Source: Camelus dromedarius
Taxonomy: Eukaryota
NCBI RefSeq assembly: GCF_036321535.1
Contig: NC_087447.1
Location: 39,248,001 to 39,312,000, forward strand
DNA length: 64,000 nt
Reading direction: 5' to 3'
A model generated the notes under the pieces. The model had not been told where the DNA came from and ran no database searches. It was given only the letters and a program-made list of their open reading frames with translations. Of the stretch, positions 63,651 to 64,000 are shown one piece after another (positions within the stretch are counted from its first letter, which is position 1; each line of letters opens with the position of its first letter). The position numbers and the translations under genes are program-made.

Positions 63651-64000
63651 CCCTTCCCTCTGAGCTCCTTGGGCCCAGCTGTGCTGTGCTGTTCATCTTT
63701 GTTTCCTGAGCAGAGTAACCTGAAGACAATCACTGCTCAGTAAACGTGCAGGAATGAATGAGTGAAAAACAGCCGCTTCTCTAGTTATTTACTTGTCCTG
63801 GCAACAAAGAATTGTGTCCCATTTATACCCCTACTGGTAACTGGGGCTATTATTACAATATATACTAATAACCAAACCGAACCAACAAACAACAAAGCCG
63901 GGAGAGGGGAGAAGGAAAAACAAAGCTTGGGAATTGCAGCAGAAAAGCATTTTAAAAAAAAATGTTCCTTTCCAAAAGCGTTGGTGGAGACACCCAAGGG

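Noticed and set aside
1..64000. CRISPR arrays, operons, rRNA or other prokaryote-type systems
   Set aside because: No regularly spaced repeat-spacer units or gene-dense ORFs; the sequence is mammalian intronic and intergenic DNA.

Overview
Mammalian genomic DNA, most likely from a camelid: it carries five copies of a tRNA-Ala-derived SINE resembling the camelid vic-1 family. The only gene I can recognise is the 5' end of the core clock gene BMAL1 (ARNTL) on the minus strand. A CpG island at about 17.1-19.0 kb holds the characteristic tandem ROREs (AAAGTAGGTTA-N25-AAAGTAGGTCA), eight co-oriented CCAAT boxes and a non-coding first exon ending in a GTGAGT donor at 18356/18355. Bases 1-18355 appear to be intron 1, and 19-64 kb is repeat-rich upstream DNA (MIR, L2, L3/CR1, old L1, MER/Tigger MITEs, MaLR/ERVL LTRs). 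No protein-coding exon is supportable, and the supplied ORFs look spurious. The most unusual structures are: an ~80-bp near-perfect inverted repeat about 10.5 kb upstream, with one arm embedded in TA tracts; an intron-1 cluster with D-box, RORE-like, CCAAT and E-box motifs; a plus-strand splice donor/acceptor pair bracketing the promoter (possible antisense transcript); and an orphan polyadenylated retro-insert inside a MIR. I found no clearly new biological system. Gene and repeat names come from recognition by eye, not database searches, and repeat boundaries are approximate.
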